A stretch of 57,866 nucleotides of DNA from a virus (lineage: Duplodnaviria; Caudoviricetes), in the IMG/VR virus record IMGVR_UViG_3300013014_000035, positions 1-57,866 of that record. One strand, written 5' to 3'. A program made the translations under genes and the position numbers. The notes beneath the pieces are model-generated. The model had not been told where the DNA came from. It did not search any database and saw nothing but the letters and a program-made list of their open reading frames with translations. Positions 24,101 through 34,114 of this stretch are shown piece by piece (within the stretch, counting starts at the first letter, position 1; each line of letters begins with the position of its first letter).

Positions 24101-24699
24101 TAGATCATGCCTCTCGAATCTTTCCAGACTTGTTCCCTGGTTGCTTTCTTGAATTGTTCTGTCGGTAGCATTAGAGCTGAATCCCAATTTGTAGGTTCAA
24201 TATTTAGGTAACTACTCTGTACATGAGTGGCAAGATATTGCTTGATACAAGGCTTAAAATAACGATATTTTGATGCATTGCTTAAAATGCTGTATGATAG
24301 TTTGAGTTTTGTTGTATCATTATAGATATCATTATTGATTGTTTGATATATTGCATTCATTAACTTCGCTCTGAGAACAGGCGGTAAATAATGCAAATTA
24401 ATACCTAAAAATCCATCTTTTCTTAAATCAATTGGAAATACTAAAGGAAACATATCATAATAAGGGAGTGTTTCTTTATGTTTTGGATCATATGAAAACA
24501 TATACATTTTGCCGATTGATTCAATGTCAATCGACTTAACCAAATTTTCACGATCATCGAGCATTAAATTTTTATTGACTCTTTGTACTTTCTGCGCAGC
24601 ATTTTGAAACCACTTTCTGGCATCTCTACGACGTGTAGTTTCATTAATACCTTCGGCCCGACCTCTCTCCGATAACTGTTGGAAAATATAAGCTGTCAT
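24100..24699 (-). CDS. gp2: DNA end protector protein
   Basis: GKMYMF.YDPKHK.TLPYYD.FPLVF, GFLGINLHYLPP.LRA.L, PCIKQYL..HV. Confidence 0.9.
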   Translation of the reverse strand: MTAYIFQQLSERGRAEGINETTRRRDARKWFQNAAQKVQRVNKNLMLDDRENLVKSIDIESIGKMYMFSYDPKHKETLPYYDMFPLVFPIDLRKDGFLGINLHYLPPVLRAKLMNAIYQTINNDIYNDTTKLKLSYSILSNASKYRYFKPCIKQYLATHVQSSYLNIEPTNWDSALMLPTEQFKKATREQVWKDSRGMI

Positions 24700-25127
24700 T
24701 TACCGTAAATGTCCCTCTCAGTCATTATTTGGAATTTCCATCCTCGAGTTTTGCAATATTCTTCTGCGGCAGACCATTTTGCTGAATTTACTCCCCAAGT
24801 ATAGACTTCATTAATATATCGTTTAGTCGGAGTCTTTTGTTTCTTAGGTTCAATTGTTTGAGCCAGAGGCTTTACTTCTATCATAATCGTTTCTTTATTC
24901 TTTGTATTTATTATAAAGTCAGGAAAATAACGATGAATTTTTCCATCAATTGGTGAACGATATTGAACGACATGTTCTTCGGATGACCACCATACAATAT
25001 CTTGATGTGCATCAAAATGAGACATCAGTCGTAATTCCCAACTTGATCTATACACAATATTAGTTGGATTACCTTTATATTTATGTGGGTTCAAAGGTTT
25101 GAAAAAGCCCTGAAGATATTTTGCCAT
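24696..25127 (-). CDS. gp4: head completion protein (TnsA-like nuclease fold)
   Basis: start ATG 25127; PHKYKGNP.NIVYRSSWE, WSSEE, HRYFPDF, IEVKP, N.AKW.AA. Confidence 0.9.
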   Translation of the reverse strand: MAKYLQGFFKPLNPHKYKGNPTNIVYRSSWELRLMSHFDAHQDIVWWSSEEHVVQYRSPIDGKIHRYFPDFIINTKNKETIMIEVKPLAQTIEPKKQKTPTKRYINEVYTWGVNSAKWSAAEEYCKTRGWKFQIMTERDIYGK

Positions 25128-25141
25128 TTTTGTTTTATCAG

Positions 25142-25149
25142 TATAAATA
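25142..25149 (+). promoter_or_regulatory. T4-type late promoter
   Basis: TATAAATA upstream of the baseplate operon. Confidence 0.8.
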
Positions 25150-25179
25150 ATGATGATATTTATTCTAGGATTAAAAAAA

Positions 25180-26238
25180 ATGTTAGCAGCAGCGGGTAGA
25201 GTTGGCGCGGGTCTTGGTGTTGGAGGTGCCACGGTACAAACTATAGTGGCAGGGGCAACAATTGCTGGTGTCGCCGGTGGTGCATATTTAGCCTATCAAG
25301 ATGCTAGTAATTTATATAATTCTAGACAAACAATGTCAAATCAATTTCAACAACAAAGCGAATTTCCTAGCGATCTAACTACAACTACTAGATTTTATAT
25401 GTCATTTCTTTTTCAAGCATATGAAAAAAGAGCAATTAATAATTCACCATTTTTAAGATCTACAGGGACAATTAGACTTCCTATTCCAGAAGGTTTAAAA
25501 GATAATACAGCTGTTAGTTATAGTGATTCATCACTTGGCCCTCTTGCGGGTGCAGTATTGGAACAAGCATCAACAAATCGAGCACAAACAGGTAGTGCTA
25601 TCCCATCACTACAATCTGGTGTTAATACAGTAGGTAAAGCTTTTCAAGGAGTAGCTGGACAGTTTGCACAAGGTCTTCAAGATACTGGTGTTGGTGGTGC
25701 AATTAGATCTTATTTTGGTATGACGGTAAACCCATATCAAACAATCTTATTTGAACGCCCGCAATTTAAATCTCATTCATTTAGTTGGAAATTAATACCT
25801 AAAAATGAAACAGAAAGTGGTATTATACGAGATATTATCAGTACATTTCAATATCATTCTTTACCGGGTGTGAGTGATGGCATTGGTCTACTATTTTCGT
25901 TTCCAAGTATGGTAACGGTTAGTTTATATCCATCAAGTGAATTTTTATACAGATTCAAACCTGCGGTTATTGAAAGTATCTCAGTAAATTATGCCCCAGG
26001 AGCATCACCTTCTTTTTATAGAAGAACAAATGCACCAACTGCAGTTACAATTACTGTGCAATTAAAAGAAATTGAATACTGGACCAACAGAGATTATACA
26101 GCAACAAAATTTAATGATACAGTTGCTGAAAACAATACAACAGGCATGCTTACAACAAATTTGATAAACGGTATTCAAACTGAAAGACAACAAACAAATA
26201 GCAATTTATCTGCTGGTTCATTAACTGGTGCTGGATAA
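25180..26238 (+). CDS. gp48: baseplate tail tube cap
   Basis: IRLPIP....D...VSY, NPYQ..LF..P.F.SH.F.WKL.P.N..ES, VNYAP, LKEIE; AGGA RBS before ATG 25180. Confidence 0.8.
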   Translation: MLAAAGRVGAGLGVGGATVQTIVAGATIAGVAGGAYLAYQDASNLYNSRQTMSNQFQQQSEFPSDLTTTTRFYMSFLFQAYEKRAINNSPFLRSTGTIRLPIPEGLKDNTAVSYSDSSLGPLAGAVLEQASTNRAQTGSAIPSLQSGVNTVGKAFQGVAGQFAQGLQDTGVGGAIRSYFGMTVNPYQTILFERPQFKSHSFSWKLIPKNETESGIIRDIISTFQYHSLPGVSDGIGLLFSFPSMVTVSLYPSSEFLYRFKPAVIESISVNYAPGASPSFYRRTNAPTAVTITVQLKEIEYWTNRDYTATKFNDTVAENNTTGMLTTNLINGIQTERQQTNSNLSAGSLTGAG

Positions 26239-26253
26239 TTAGGATTTTAAGGG

Positions 26254-27153
26254 ATGGCTGAAAGATACTTCGAAAAATTTCCTATTATTAAATATAATGG
26301 TGCGCCAGTTCGTAATATTACGGAACGCGTGGTAACTCTTAATTCTGTTTATAATAATCCGATCTTTTATTATCCATATGATATTCAACAAAGTGAACAA
26401 CCTGATGATATAGCAAATCGTTATTATCAAGATGAATATATGGGTTGGATTCTTCATGTAACAAATAAAGTTATTGATCCATATTATGATTGGTATATTG
26501 ATCAAGCAAGTTTTAATGATTTTATTATCAAGAAGTATGGTAGTATATCAAATGCCACTTCAAAAATAAAGTACTACAGAAATAATTGGTATGCTAATGA
26601 GGGTATGATTTCAAATGTAATTTTTGATAATTTATATTCAACTGTTAAACGATTTTATGAACCCGTATACGGTGATATTCTTTATTCCACTACTCCACTT
26701 GGATATAAACGAAAACAGATTGATTGGAAAATAACAACAAACGCGGTTATTCAATATGCACTAGATCCATCAGATCCATCAGACCCACCCATGAATGGAT
26801 CTAAATTTATCACAGATGAAATAGTTGATGTATATAATAACACTGCAATTATAGGCAGCGGTCAAGTTTGCGGTAAAAGTAAAACACTGCTTTTAATACA
26901 ACATACATCAGGTAATGTAACTGAAACTGGTTCGTTGCATTATGTTATGGGTAGAGAAAGTAAAAAGAAAATATTATATACTGGCGCCACATTAATAACC
27001 AGTAATATTCCAGTATTTGAATCAACATATTGGAGCCCAGTTTATTATTATGATTATGAATCTGAAATCAATGAAAAAAATAAATCTATTCAAGTTTTAA
27101 AGAAACAATATTCAAGTCAAATTGCAGGTGAACTGAAAGCTTTGTTAAAATAA
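26254..27153 (+). CDS. gp53: baseplate wedge subunit
   Basis: YFEKFP.I.Y, Y.I...EQPD.IA..YY.D....W.....N..IDPYYDW, YDYE.E.NE. Confidence 0.85.
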   Translation: MAERYFEKFPIIKYNGAPVRNITERVVTLNSVYNNPIFYYPYDIQQSEQPDDIANRYYQDEYMGWILHVTNKVIDPYYDWYIDQASFNDFIIKKYGSISNATSKIKYYRNNWYANEGMISNVIFDNLYSTVKRFYEPVYGDILYSTTPLGYKRKQIDWKITTNAVIQYALDPSDPSDPPMNGSKFITDEIVDVYNNTAIIGSGQVCGKSKTLLLIQHTSGNVTETGSLHYVMGRESKKKILYTGATLITSNIPVFESTYWSPVYYYDYESEINEKNKSIQVLKKQYSSQIAGELKALLK

Positions 27154-28392
27154 ATGGGAAATAATATTTCAATCGGTGATGTAAGAGTAGAAAAATTAGT
27201 TATAACTTCTCCTCGTGGTACCTTAACACTTACAACATCATTCGTATCCGCATCAATTTACGAAAGTATTTTTACACCAGGAATAGTTTGTGACATAATG
27301 GTTCTTGATTCACAAGATATCGTTGGCAATTTGCGTTTACTTGGCGATGAATTAATTGAATTTAATATGTTGAGCCCAAGTGATGTGAGGGCAAATTATA
27401 AGTTTGCTCTTTATGAACGAGGTGAAGGTCAACAATTACCAAATCAAAGGGCAAAAACATATGTACTGAAGTGTGTCAGTATTGAAGCAATGTATGCTCA
27501 AAATGAATATGTACAAAAAGGTTATGAGAATGTTCTTAATTCTGAAATAGTTCAAGATATAGCAAAAACATATCTTCGTACTGATAAACAAATAATTACG
27601 GAACAGACTAAAAGTCCACAAATGTTACCTATCAGCAATTTAAGTCCATATGCTGCTATTAATCTGGTAAAATCTAGATCAATATCGGCAGAAAATCAGT
27701 CATCGTCTTATGTATTCTTTGAAACAAGAAACGGTGATAATCAAATATTTAAATTTGTTACAATTGAAAATTTATTTGCTACAAATGTTGTTAAAAATTT
27801 TATACAATCAAGTGCTATAAACATTAATGTATTGAGTCCAGATCAAGATAGAAATATTTTATCATATCAATTACCTACAGCTTTTTCAGCTCTTGATCGT
27901 ATAACTTATGGTGGGCCGACAAGAGTAACCACATTTAATTTTACTACATTAGGATTTAATATTCAGGATATTCACGCAAATGATACGATATTTAAAGATG
28001 GTGGCACTGGAAGATCAGATGTTTCGGATGTTTTTACAAATCGCTATTTGTATCCAAGAATTCCACCACAAGTATTCATACCGGTGGATAATTCACAAAG
28101 ACCTGTAACTTATATTCCTGAAGGTTCACCAAAATTACAAGCATATATAGCATTACTATTACAAAATTCATTAAAGATAAGAGTACCGGGAGATTTTATT
28201 TTAACACCTGGTTCTACTATTAATTGTACTTTTCCGAATAATTCTGCTACTACTGGTAACGTTACAGAAGATCCATTATTATCTGGTAAATTTCTTATCT
28301 CTAGAATACATCATAAGATAGGTCTTGTTCAAGAAAAGCCTAGATATACTTGTATTGTAGAATGTCTCAAAGGTCGTTATCGAGAGGGTTAA
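27154..28392 (+). CDS. putative baseplate hub protein
   Basis: SIYESIF.P, FVFFE-like YVFFET, VPGD..L.PG, SGKFLIS.I.H; between gp53 and gp5. Confidence 0.65.
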   Translation: MGNNISIGDVRVEKLVITSPRGTLTLTTSFVSASIYESIFTPGIVCDIMVLDSQDIVGNLRLLGDELIEFNMLSPSDVRANYKFALYERGEGQQLPNQRAKTYVLKCVSIEAMYAQNEYVQKGYENVLNSEIVQDIAKTYLRTDKQIITEQTKSPQMLPISNLSPYAAINLVKSRSISAENQSSSYVFFETRNGDNQIFKFVTIENLFATNVVKNFIQSSAININVLSPDQDRNILSYQLPTAFSALDRITYGGPTRVTTFNFTTLGFNIQDIHANDTIFKDGGTGRSDVSDVFTNRYLYPRIPPQVFIPVDNSQRPVTYIPEGSPKLQAYIALLLQNSLKIRVPGDFILTPGSTINCTFPNNSATTGNVTEDPLLSGKFLISRIHHKIGLVQEKPRYTCIVECLKGRYREG

Positions 28393-28395
28393 ATC

Positions 28396-30033
28396 ATGGT
28401 TGAGAGAAATCTTGGTCAAAATATGATATACTGGGTTGGTGAAGTAGTCGATGTAAATGATCCCCACCAATCAGGAAGAGTTAAGATTAGAGTATATGGT
28501 CGGCACGATGATAGGACCAATATACCTGATTCTGCTTTACCTTGGGCACAAGTAACACAATCAGTAACTTCAGCAGCTATTGGTAGAATAGGAACCGCTC
28601 CTGTTGGACTTGTTGTTGGATCCAGAGTTATAGGGTTTTGGGCAGACAGTAGTGATCTTCAATATCCATTAGTAATTGGTTCGCTCGGTAAAGCAGGTGA
28701 TGAAATAACCGGTGAAATGCTTAATGGTGCACCAGCAATTAATACAGATACTGGCAGTATACCTGGGGCTGCACAAGGTACTCCCAATAACCCATATTCT
28801 TCTCAAAGTGATAGTAGAGTTTCAATTTCGAATATTGATTCCGGTAGTGCAAATATTTTCTCTGTAAATAATACAGAAGGTGTTAATGTTACAACGGCCG
28901 TTGAAAGAAACATGGCTAACTTTGGTTTGCCAACAACAGCTTCATATGATAAAGATAGTACTAGTGATGTTTTAGATATTAAAAAAGCAGTTGATCCTCT
29001 CGGTACATTATCGTCCTTGCCTTGTTTAAATGGCAATCTTATTTCAATTAGTTCAATACTCCGGTTTCTTGGTAGTACTGTTCAAGGTATTGTTTCCGGT
29101 ATTGTTAGAACAGCTGTTCAAGCCATCCGCAATGCCATTCTATCATTTGCTAAGCAAATCGGTTTATTCAAATTAGTAGGAATGCTAAATGGCGCTATTT
29201 CCGGTATAAAAACCATACAAAATCTTATCAATGCTTTAAGTGCAATTACATGTGGAATTAGTCCTATCAATCAAGGTTTATTTAAAACTGCAGATTTTGC
29301 TATAGCTTCTGTAATCGGCGGATTAAATAATGTTGTCGGTTCAATTACGGGTGGTCTTGATAAAGTAATTAATATGACAACTGGTGCCGTTATTGGTGGT
29401 GCTACTGCTATTACAAATGCAACAAACACCGGTATCAAAACATTAATTGATTCGGTACCATCAGCACCTTTGGCTGCAACAATTACTGATACATCACCTA
29501 GACCTGAAGCAACCAGTATCGAACAATCACCACCATTTAGTTATGCCCAACAATATTATACAGTTGAAAATGATCCTTATCCTGGTTATATTGAATGGAG
29601 AGATCCAACAGGATCCGGAACAGCTGTTTATACATTGAGAAATGGCCAACCTAATTATAAAGATGCACAAGAACATACTACCTTTGCAGCACAAGATCAT
29701 TTTACAAGTGTAATCGGCAATACATTATTAAGTGGTAAACCTCTTACATTTAATACATTATCACAAGCTGTGTCTAGTAATCTTAATTTTACTCAGGGTT
29801 TTGCTATTTCAAAAGTTCTTGGCTCGGGATTTAGCGGTGCTAATAAAATTGCTACCATCGCAGCTCTTATTCCAACTATTGCATTCGGTCTACAAACCGT
29901 ATTTCAAACAAATAATAAAAAAGCAAAGTTAATATCTACCAGTACCTCAACAGCTGTGGATAATTTTGCGAGAGCACAAGGATTATTGGCTATACAAACA
30001 CAAAATATACGAACAGGTTTAAATGTATCCTAG
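28396..30033 (+). CDS. gp5: gp5 N-terminal OB-fold protein with long helical extension (no lysozyme)
   Basis: WVGEVVDVNDPHQSGRVKIRVYGRH......LPWA, G..VGS.V.GFWAD...QYP.V.GS. Confidence 0.8.
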   Translation: MVERNLGQNMIYWVGEVVDVNDPHQSGRVKIRVYGRHDDRTNIPDSALPWAQVTQSVTSAAIGRIGTAPVGLVVGSRVIGFWADSSDLQYPLVIGSLGKAGDEITGEMLNGAPAINTDTGSIPGAAQGTPNNPYSSQSDSRVSISNIDSGSANIFSVNNTEGVNVTTAVERNMANFGLPTTASYDKDSTSDVLDIKKAVDPLGTLSSLPCLNGNLISISSILRFLGSTVQGIVSGIVRTAVQAIRNAILSFAKQIGLFKLVGMLNGAISGIKTIQNLINALSAITCGISPINQGLFKTADFAIASVIGGLNNVVGSITGGLDKVINMTTGAVIGGATAITNATNTGIKTLIDSVPSAPLAATITDTSPRPEATSIEQSPPFSYAQQYYTVENDPYPGYIEWRDPTGSGTAVYTLRNGQPNYKDAQEHTTFAAQDHFTSVIGNTLLSGKPLTFNTLSQAVSSNLNFTQGFAISKVLGSGFSGANKIATIAALIPTIAFGLQTVFQTNNKKAKLISTSTSTAVDNFARAQGLLAIQTQNIRTGLNVS

Positions 30034-30041
30034 GATAAATT

Positions 30042-30761
30042 ATGTCAGACTCAAATAATAGGCGTCATCCACAATCTACTTTTGAAGCTAAGTACCCATA
30101 TAATCAAGCAACTATTACACGTAGTGGCCACGAAATTCATATTAACGATACGCCAGGTAGTGAAAGTTTACGTGTTTCACATACAAAAGGCTCTTATGTT
30201 GAATTGTCTAAGGATGGAAGAACCGTAGTCAATTCAGTCGGCAAAGCTTATTATTATATGTGTGATGGTTTTTCAACTACAGTAGATGGTCATTATGATT
30301 TAAAAGTAAAAGGTGTTATGAATGTTAACATCGACGGATCTGTCAGTGAAGAAACCAAAGGCAATAAGTATATGGCCGCTGGTGCCGATTTTGTACTAGG
30401 TATAGGCGGTACTTCAACCGAAACTATTATTGGGGATAAATTTAATTCTGTTGGTGGTGATGCAACAATTGCAATTACAGGATCTGAGTATAAAAATATT
30501 GGCAGTGAGTCTGTAACAAATTTTACTGGTGTAAAAACAGAGATATTAAATGATGATTGGTCCGTAAATTCTCATGGTAATATTGAGATTCTTAGTGATG
30601 GTAGTGTAAGAATTCAGTGCAAAAATTTTATTATTGATGCTGAATCCATTACCTTGACGACATCGACCGGTAATGTAACAATCAATTCTTCTTCTGGTTT
30701 TGTATCTACTTCTACTGCGCAAACTTCTATCACCGCCAGTAGAATTATTTTGAACGGATAA
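30042..30761 (+). CDS. gp5: gp5 C-terminal spike/beta-helix protein (separate gene)
   Basis: KYPYN....TRSGH....NDTPG.E.....H..GSY.E...DG followed by V.G repeats, ends I.LN. Confidence 0.8.
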   Translation: MSDSNNRRHPQSTFEAKYPYNQATITRSGHEIHINDTPGSESLRVSHTKGSYVELSKDGRTVVNSVGKAYYYMCDGFSTTVDGHYDLKVKGVMNVNIDGSVSEETKGNKYMAAGADFVLGIGGTSTETIIGDKFNSVGGDATIAITGSEYKNIGSESVTNFTGVKTEILNDDWSVNSHGNIEILSDGSVRIQCKNFIIDAESITLTTSTGNVTINSSSGFVSTSTAQTSITASRIILNG

Positions 30762-30767
30762 CAAATA

Positions 30768-31862
30768 ATGACTATAAACACTTCTGATATAGTTAAGGAT
30801 GTTGGTTGTTCTGCAACTCTTATACCAAAGCCTGGTGATCTTGCCATACCATTAAAAAAATTGGCTTCATTACCTGCAATATTGACCGTTCTTGGTTATA
30901 ATGAATTGGCAGGTCAAATTAGACAATCACTTAAATCAATTGATGATTTACTTGGTAACTTTCCAATTTCTGTAACAAAACCAGTTTTTGGAACATTATC
31001 CGTGCCAGAATATGAATGGGAAATTAAAGCAAGAGCAATAGTTGCTGAATTTAAACTTTATGTTCTGGCAAAATGTTTGGAAATTATTGGATCAATTATC
31101 AATGGATTAGTTACAATTCCTGTACCATTTCTTGGTAATGTGAATATTCTACAATTATTTACAGACGCCGAATATAGAGCCGAAGTGAAATCAAGAATAA
31201 CAAAAAATCTAAATGGTGCTCTTGCAGTTGTAGGTCGACTTGGTAAATCATTCAGTGGTGAATTCGGTCTTAAAGCACCTGAATTGCAGATTCAAGAAAT
31301 TTGGTCTTGGTTTGTGATGGAAATGACAAACATTGCTACCGGCATATTACACGCGGCGTTCAATACATTAATCGGGATGTTTAATTCAATTTGGATATCC
31401 CTGGGTTTACCATCACTTGTAGCTTTGGTTACTTTGGATATTGAAACAATTATAGAAGATGCAATTGCATCCGTTTCTAAACTTTTACCAATAGCACAAT
31501 ATTATAAAATGATAATAGCAACTTTAAAATCAATTAATATTTTTGGATATACTCTTTTGGATTTATTAGGCGGTGTATATGAAGATGCTACAGAATCTGC
31601 AGAAATTACAATAAATAGATTGATCTCTGCTGCTAAAGATTTTGTTGTCAAGTGGCCACTATACTTAATAGAGAATTGGATGAAACTTGTAAAAGAGTTT
31701 TTCAATCAAATTGGTCTAGGTGCACTATTGACGTATATACCATTTACATTTTGTAGTTTTCTTCAATTAATTGGTTTTCCTTTATCATTTGCTGGATTAA
31801 TACCAGCTACATTACCTGTAACTCAAGAACAAATAACACCACCAGCAAATGTATCAGGATAA
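30768..31862 (+). CDS. hydrophobic alpha-helical hypothetical virion protein
   Basis: 364 aa Leu/Ile-rich ORF between gp5C and gp25. Confidence 0.65.
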   Translation: MTINTSDIVKDVGCSATLIPKPGDLAIPLKKLASLPAILTVLGYNELAGQIRQSLKSIDDLLGNFPISVTKPVFGTLSVPEYEWEIKARAIVAEFKLYVLAKCLEIIGSIINGLVTIPVPFLGNVNILQLFTDAEYRAEVKSRITKNLNGALAVVGRLGKSFSGEFGLKAPELQIQEIWSWFVMEMTNIATGILHAAFNTLIGMFNSIWISLGLPSLVALVTLDIETIIEDAIASVSKLLPIAQYYKMIIATLKSINIFGYTLLDLLGGVYEDATESAEITINRLISAAKDFVVKWPLYLIENWMKLVKEFFNQIGLGALLTYIPFTFCSFLQLIGFPLSFAGLIPATLPVTQEQITPPANVSG

Positions 31863-31865
31863 GAA

Positions 31866-32288
31866 ATGTCAACAAGAGCCGATAATTTTACACAAACAAA
31901 ATTAATACCGGATCTCTTTTCAGATTTCCTTGGTGATCTTACACCGCATCCAATTACAAAAGATGTGGTACGATTAAAGAATGAACAAGCAATAAAGCAA
32001 TCATTAAGAAATATACTTCTTACAAATCTAGGTGAAAGAAGATTTAATCCAAATTTTGGTTCGGATGTTAATCATGCTCTTTTTGAGCCAAATGACATTA
32101 TCCTTCAGGAAAATTTAAGAAATGCTATAACAAACTCTATACGATTTCATGAGCCAAGAGTAAATTTACTTTCAGTGCAAATTTATAATTACCCGGAAGA
32201 AGATCGTTTAGCAGTAAATCTTATTTTTTCTATAATAAATAGTATTACACCACAAAATTTAAATCTGATCCTTAGACGAGTACGTTAA
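31866..32288 (+). CDS. gp25: baseplate wedge subunit
   Basis: HPITKD...LKNE.AIKQS.RN..LT..GER.FNP.FGS.V...LFE, EPRV. Confidence 0.9.
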   Translation: MSTRADNFTQTKLIPDLFSDFLGDLTPHPITKDVVRLKNEQAIKQSLRNILLTNLGERRFNPNFGSDVNHALFEPNDIILQENLRNAITNSIRFHEPRVNLLSVQIYNYPEEDRLAVNLIFSIINSITPQNLNLILRRVR

Positions 32289-32290
32289 GA

Positions 32291-34114
32291 ATGGCAAATA
32301 ATTCAATCAGTCTTGTAAATCTTGACTTTGATACATTAAAATCTACATTAAAGACTTATCTAAAAAATCAATCACAATTTGCTGATTATGATTTTGATGG
32401 TTCAAACATGTCGGTACTGCTTGACATTCTGACTTATAATACACATTTGAATGCTTTTTATACTAATATGGCCATATCAGAAATGTTTCTTGATTCCGCA
32501 CAATTAAGAAATAGTGTGATTAGTAGATCGAAAGAATTAAATTATACCCCTAGATCTACAAGATCATCTGAGGCAACAATAAACATTTCATTCCCACAAT
32601 CGGGCTTAAACGTATTTCAAATTCCATTTGGAACTAGATTTACTGGTAAAAGCAGTAATGGTACATATACTTTTACTACAAAACAATCATATGTTTTATA
32701 TCCATCTGCCGGCGTTTTTTCAACATCTTTAAATATATATGACGGTAGTTATATTACTGATACTTTTGTAATTGATACTTCGGTTGAAGGTCAACGTTTC
32801 ATTATGAGTAATGAAAATGTTGATACGGATAGTCTTACCGTTATTGTAACACAAGACGGCGGTCAAACCAATACTCTTTATACACAAGCTACAAATTTAT
32901 ATGGTTTGACACCAACATCAAATGTATATTTTCTTCAAGCCACAGAAGATACCAAATATGAATTAGTATTTGGTGATGGTATTTTTGGTGATTATCCACT
33001 TAACGGATCGGTGGTATATTCAACTTATAGAATAAGTGCTGCTGGGACTGCGGATGGATGCACAAATTTTACTCTTGATGATAATTTAGGACATGTAAAT
33101 GGGTATACTGCATTACCAATAATACCAACAATAAAAGTAACTAATGTAGCATCTGGTGGTGCTACTGCAGAATCCATTGAATCAATTCGGTTTAATGCAC
33201 CTAGACATTATCAAACACAAGATAGAGCAGTCACAGCAAATGACTTTAAAAATATTGTATTGATGAATTATAAAGATGTTAAAGCAGTAAATGTTTATGG
33301 CGGTGAAACTATTGCTAATAGAGTTGAATATGGTAAAGTTTTCATTTCGGCTGTCACAAACTCAGGATCACCGCTTTCTGTAATTGAGAAACAAAATATA
33401 GAAGCATTTCTTTCTGATAAATGTACTATGGGTATAGTACCAAAAATGATTAATCCAGATTATCTTTATTTGCTTGTAACATCATCAGTTAAATTTAATC
33501 CTAATATAACAGTTTATACGCCTGCTGATATAAAGAATATTGTAACCAGTGCAATTACTAATTATGATGTAAATTATCTGACAGACTTTGATATAGAATT
33601 TAAGTTATCAAGATTAGAAGCAGCAATTAATGACTCTGATAAAAGTATCAGTAGTAATCAAACATATATTATTTTAAGAAAAGATGTAAATCTTGAACTT
33701 AATACTGATACTTATATTGACATTAATTATCGAAATAAAATCAATCCAGGTACATTATCATCGACTGTTTTTTTAAGTAATGGTAGACAATATCAGTATA
33801 CTGATTATAATTCTTTTAATAATACAATAACTGTATCACAGTTATCAGGTGGTCAAATAAGCATAACAAATTCATCAACAAATATATATTTAAAAGATGT
33901 GACAACTCCTGGATATGAATCATATGCTGTGGCTGGTATTATTGATTATCTCAGTGGTAAGATTAGTTTAAATAAAATTTCAGTGAATGGTTTTGTAAAC
34001 TCTTCATCAATTCAGTTTTTTGCCACACCAAGCAATCAAGATATTATGGCTAAAAATAATGACTTAATACAGATTGATTTGGAAAATTTGTCTATTGAGG
34101 TATTATCAGTTTAA
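32291..34114 (+). CDS. gp6: baseplate wedge subunit
   Basis: LDFD..K..L..YL..Q..F.DYDF.GSNMSVLLD.L.YNTH.NAFY.NM, ES..SIRFNAP..Y..Q.RAVT..D, YGKVFIS. Confidence 0.95.
   Translation: MANNSISLVNLDFDTLKSTLKTYLKNQSQFADYDFDGSNMSVLLDILTYNTHLNAFYTNMAISEMFLDSAQLRNSVISRSKELNYTPRSTRSSEATINISFPQSGLNVFQIPFGTRFTGKSSNGTYTFTTKQSYVLYPSAGVFSTSLNIYDGSYITDTFVIDTSVEGQRFIMSNENVDTDSLTVIVTQDGGQTNTLYTQATNLYGLTPTSNVYFLQATEDTKYELVFGDGIFGDYPLNGSVVYSTYRISAAGTADGCTNFTLDDNLGHVNGYTALPIIPTIKVTNVASGGATAESIESIRFNAPRHYQTQDRAVTANDFKNIVLMNYKDVKAVNVYGGETIANRVEYGKVFISAVTNSGSPLSVIEKQNIEAFLSDKCTMGIVPKMINPDYLYLLVTSSVKFNPNITVYTPADIKNIVTSAITNYDVNYLTDFDIEFKLSRLEAAINDSDKSISSNQTYIILRKDVNLELNTDTYIDINYRNKINPGTLSSTVFLSNGRQYQYTDYNSFNNTITVSQLSGGQISITNSSTNIYLKDVTTPGYESYAVAGIIDYLSGKISLNKISVNGFVNSSSIQFFATPSNQDIMAKNNDLIQIDLENLSIEVLSV

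Noticed and set aside
24696-25232. TnsA-like transposase or homing endonuclease
   Set aside because: Motifs and position beside gp2 identify the core T4 gp4 head completion protein; the N-terminal 35 aa in the ORF track overlap gp48 and its promoter and are not part of it.
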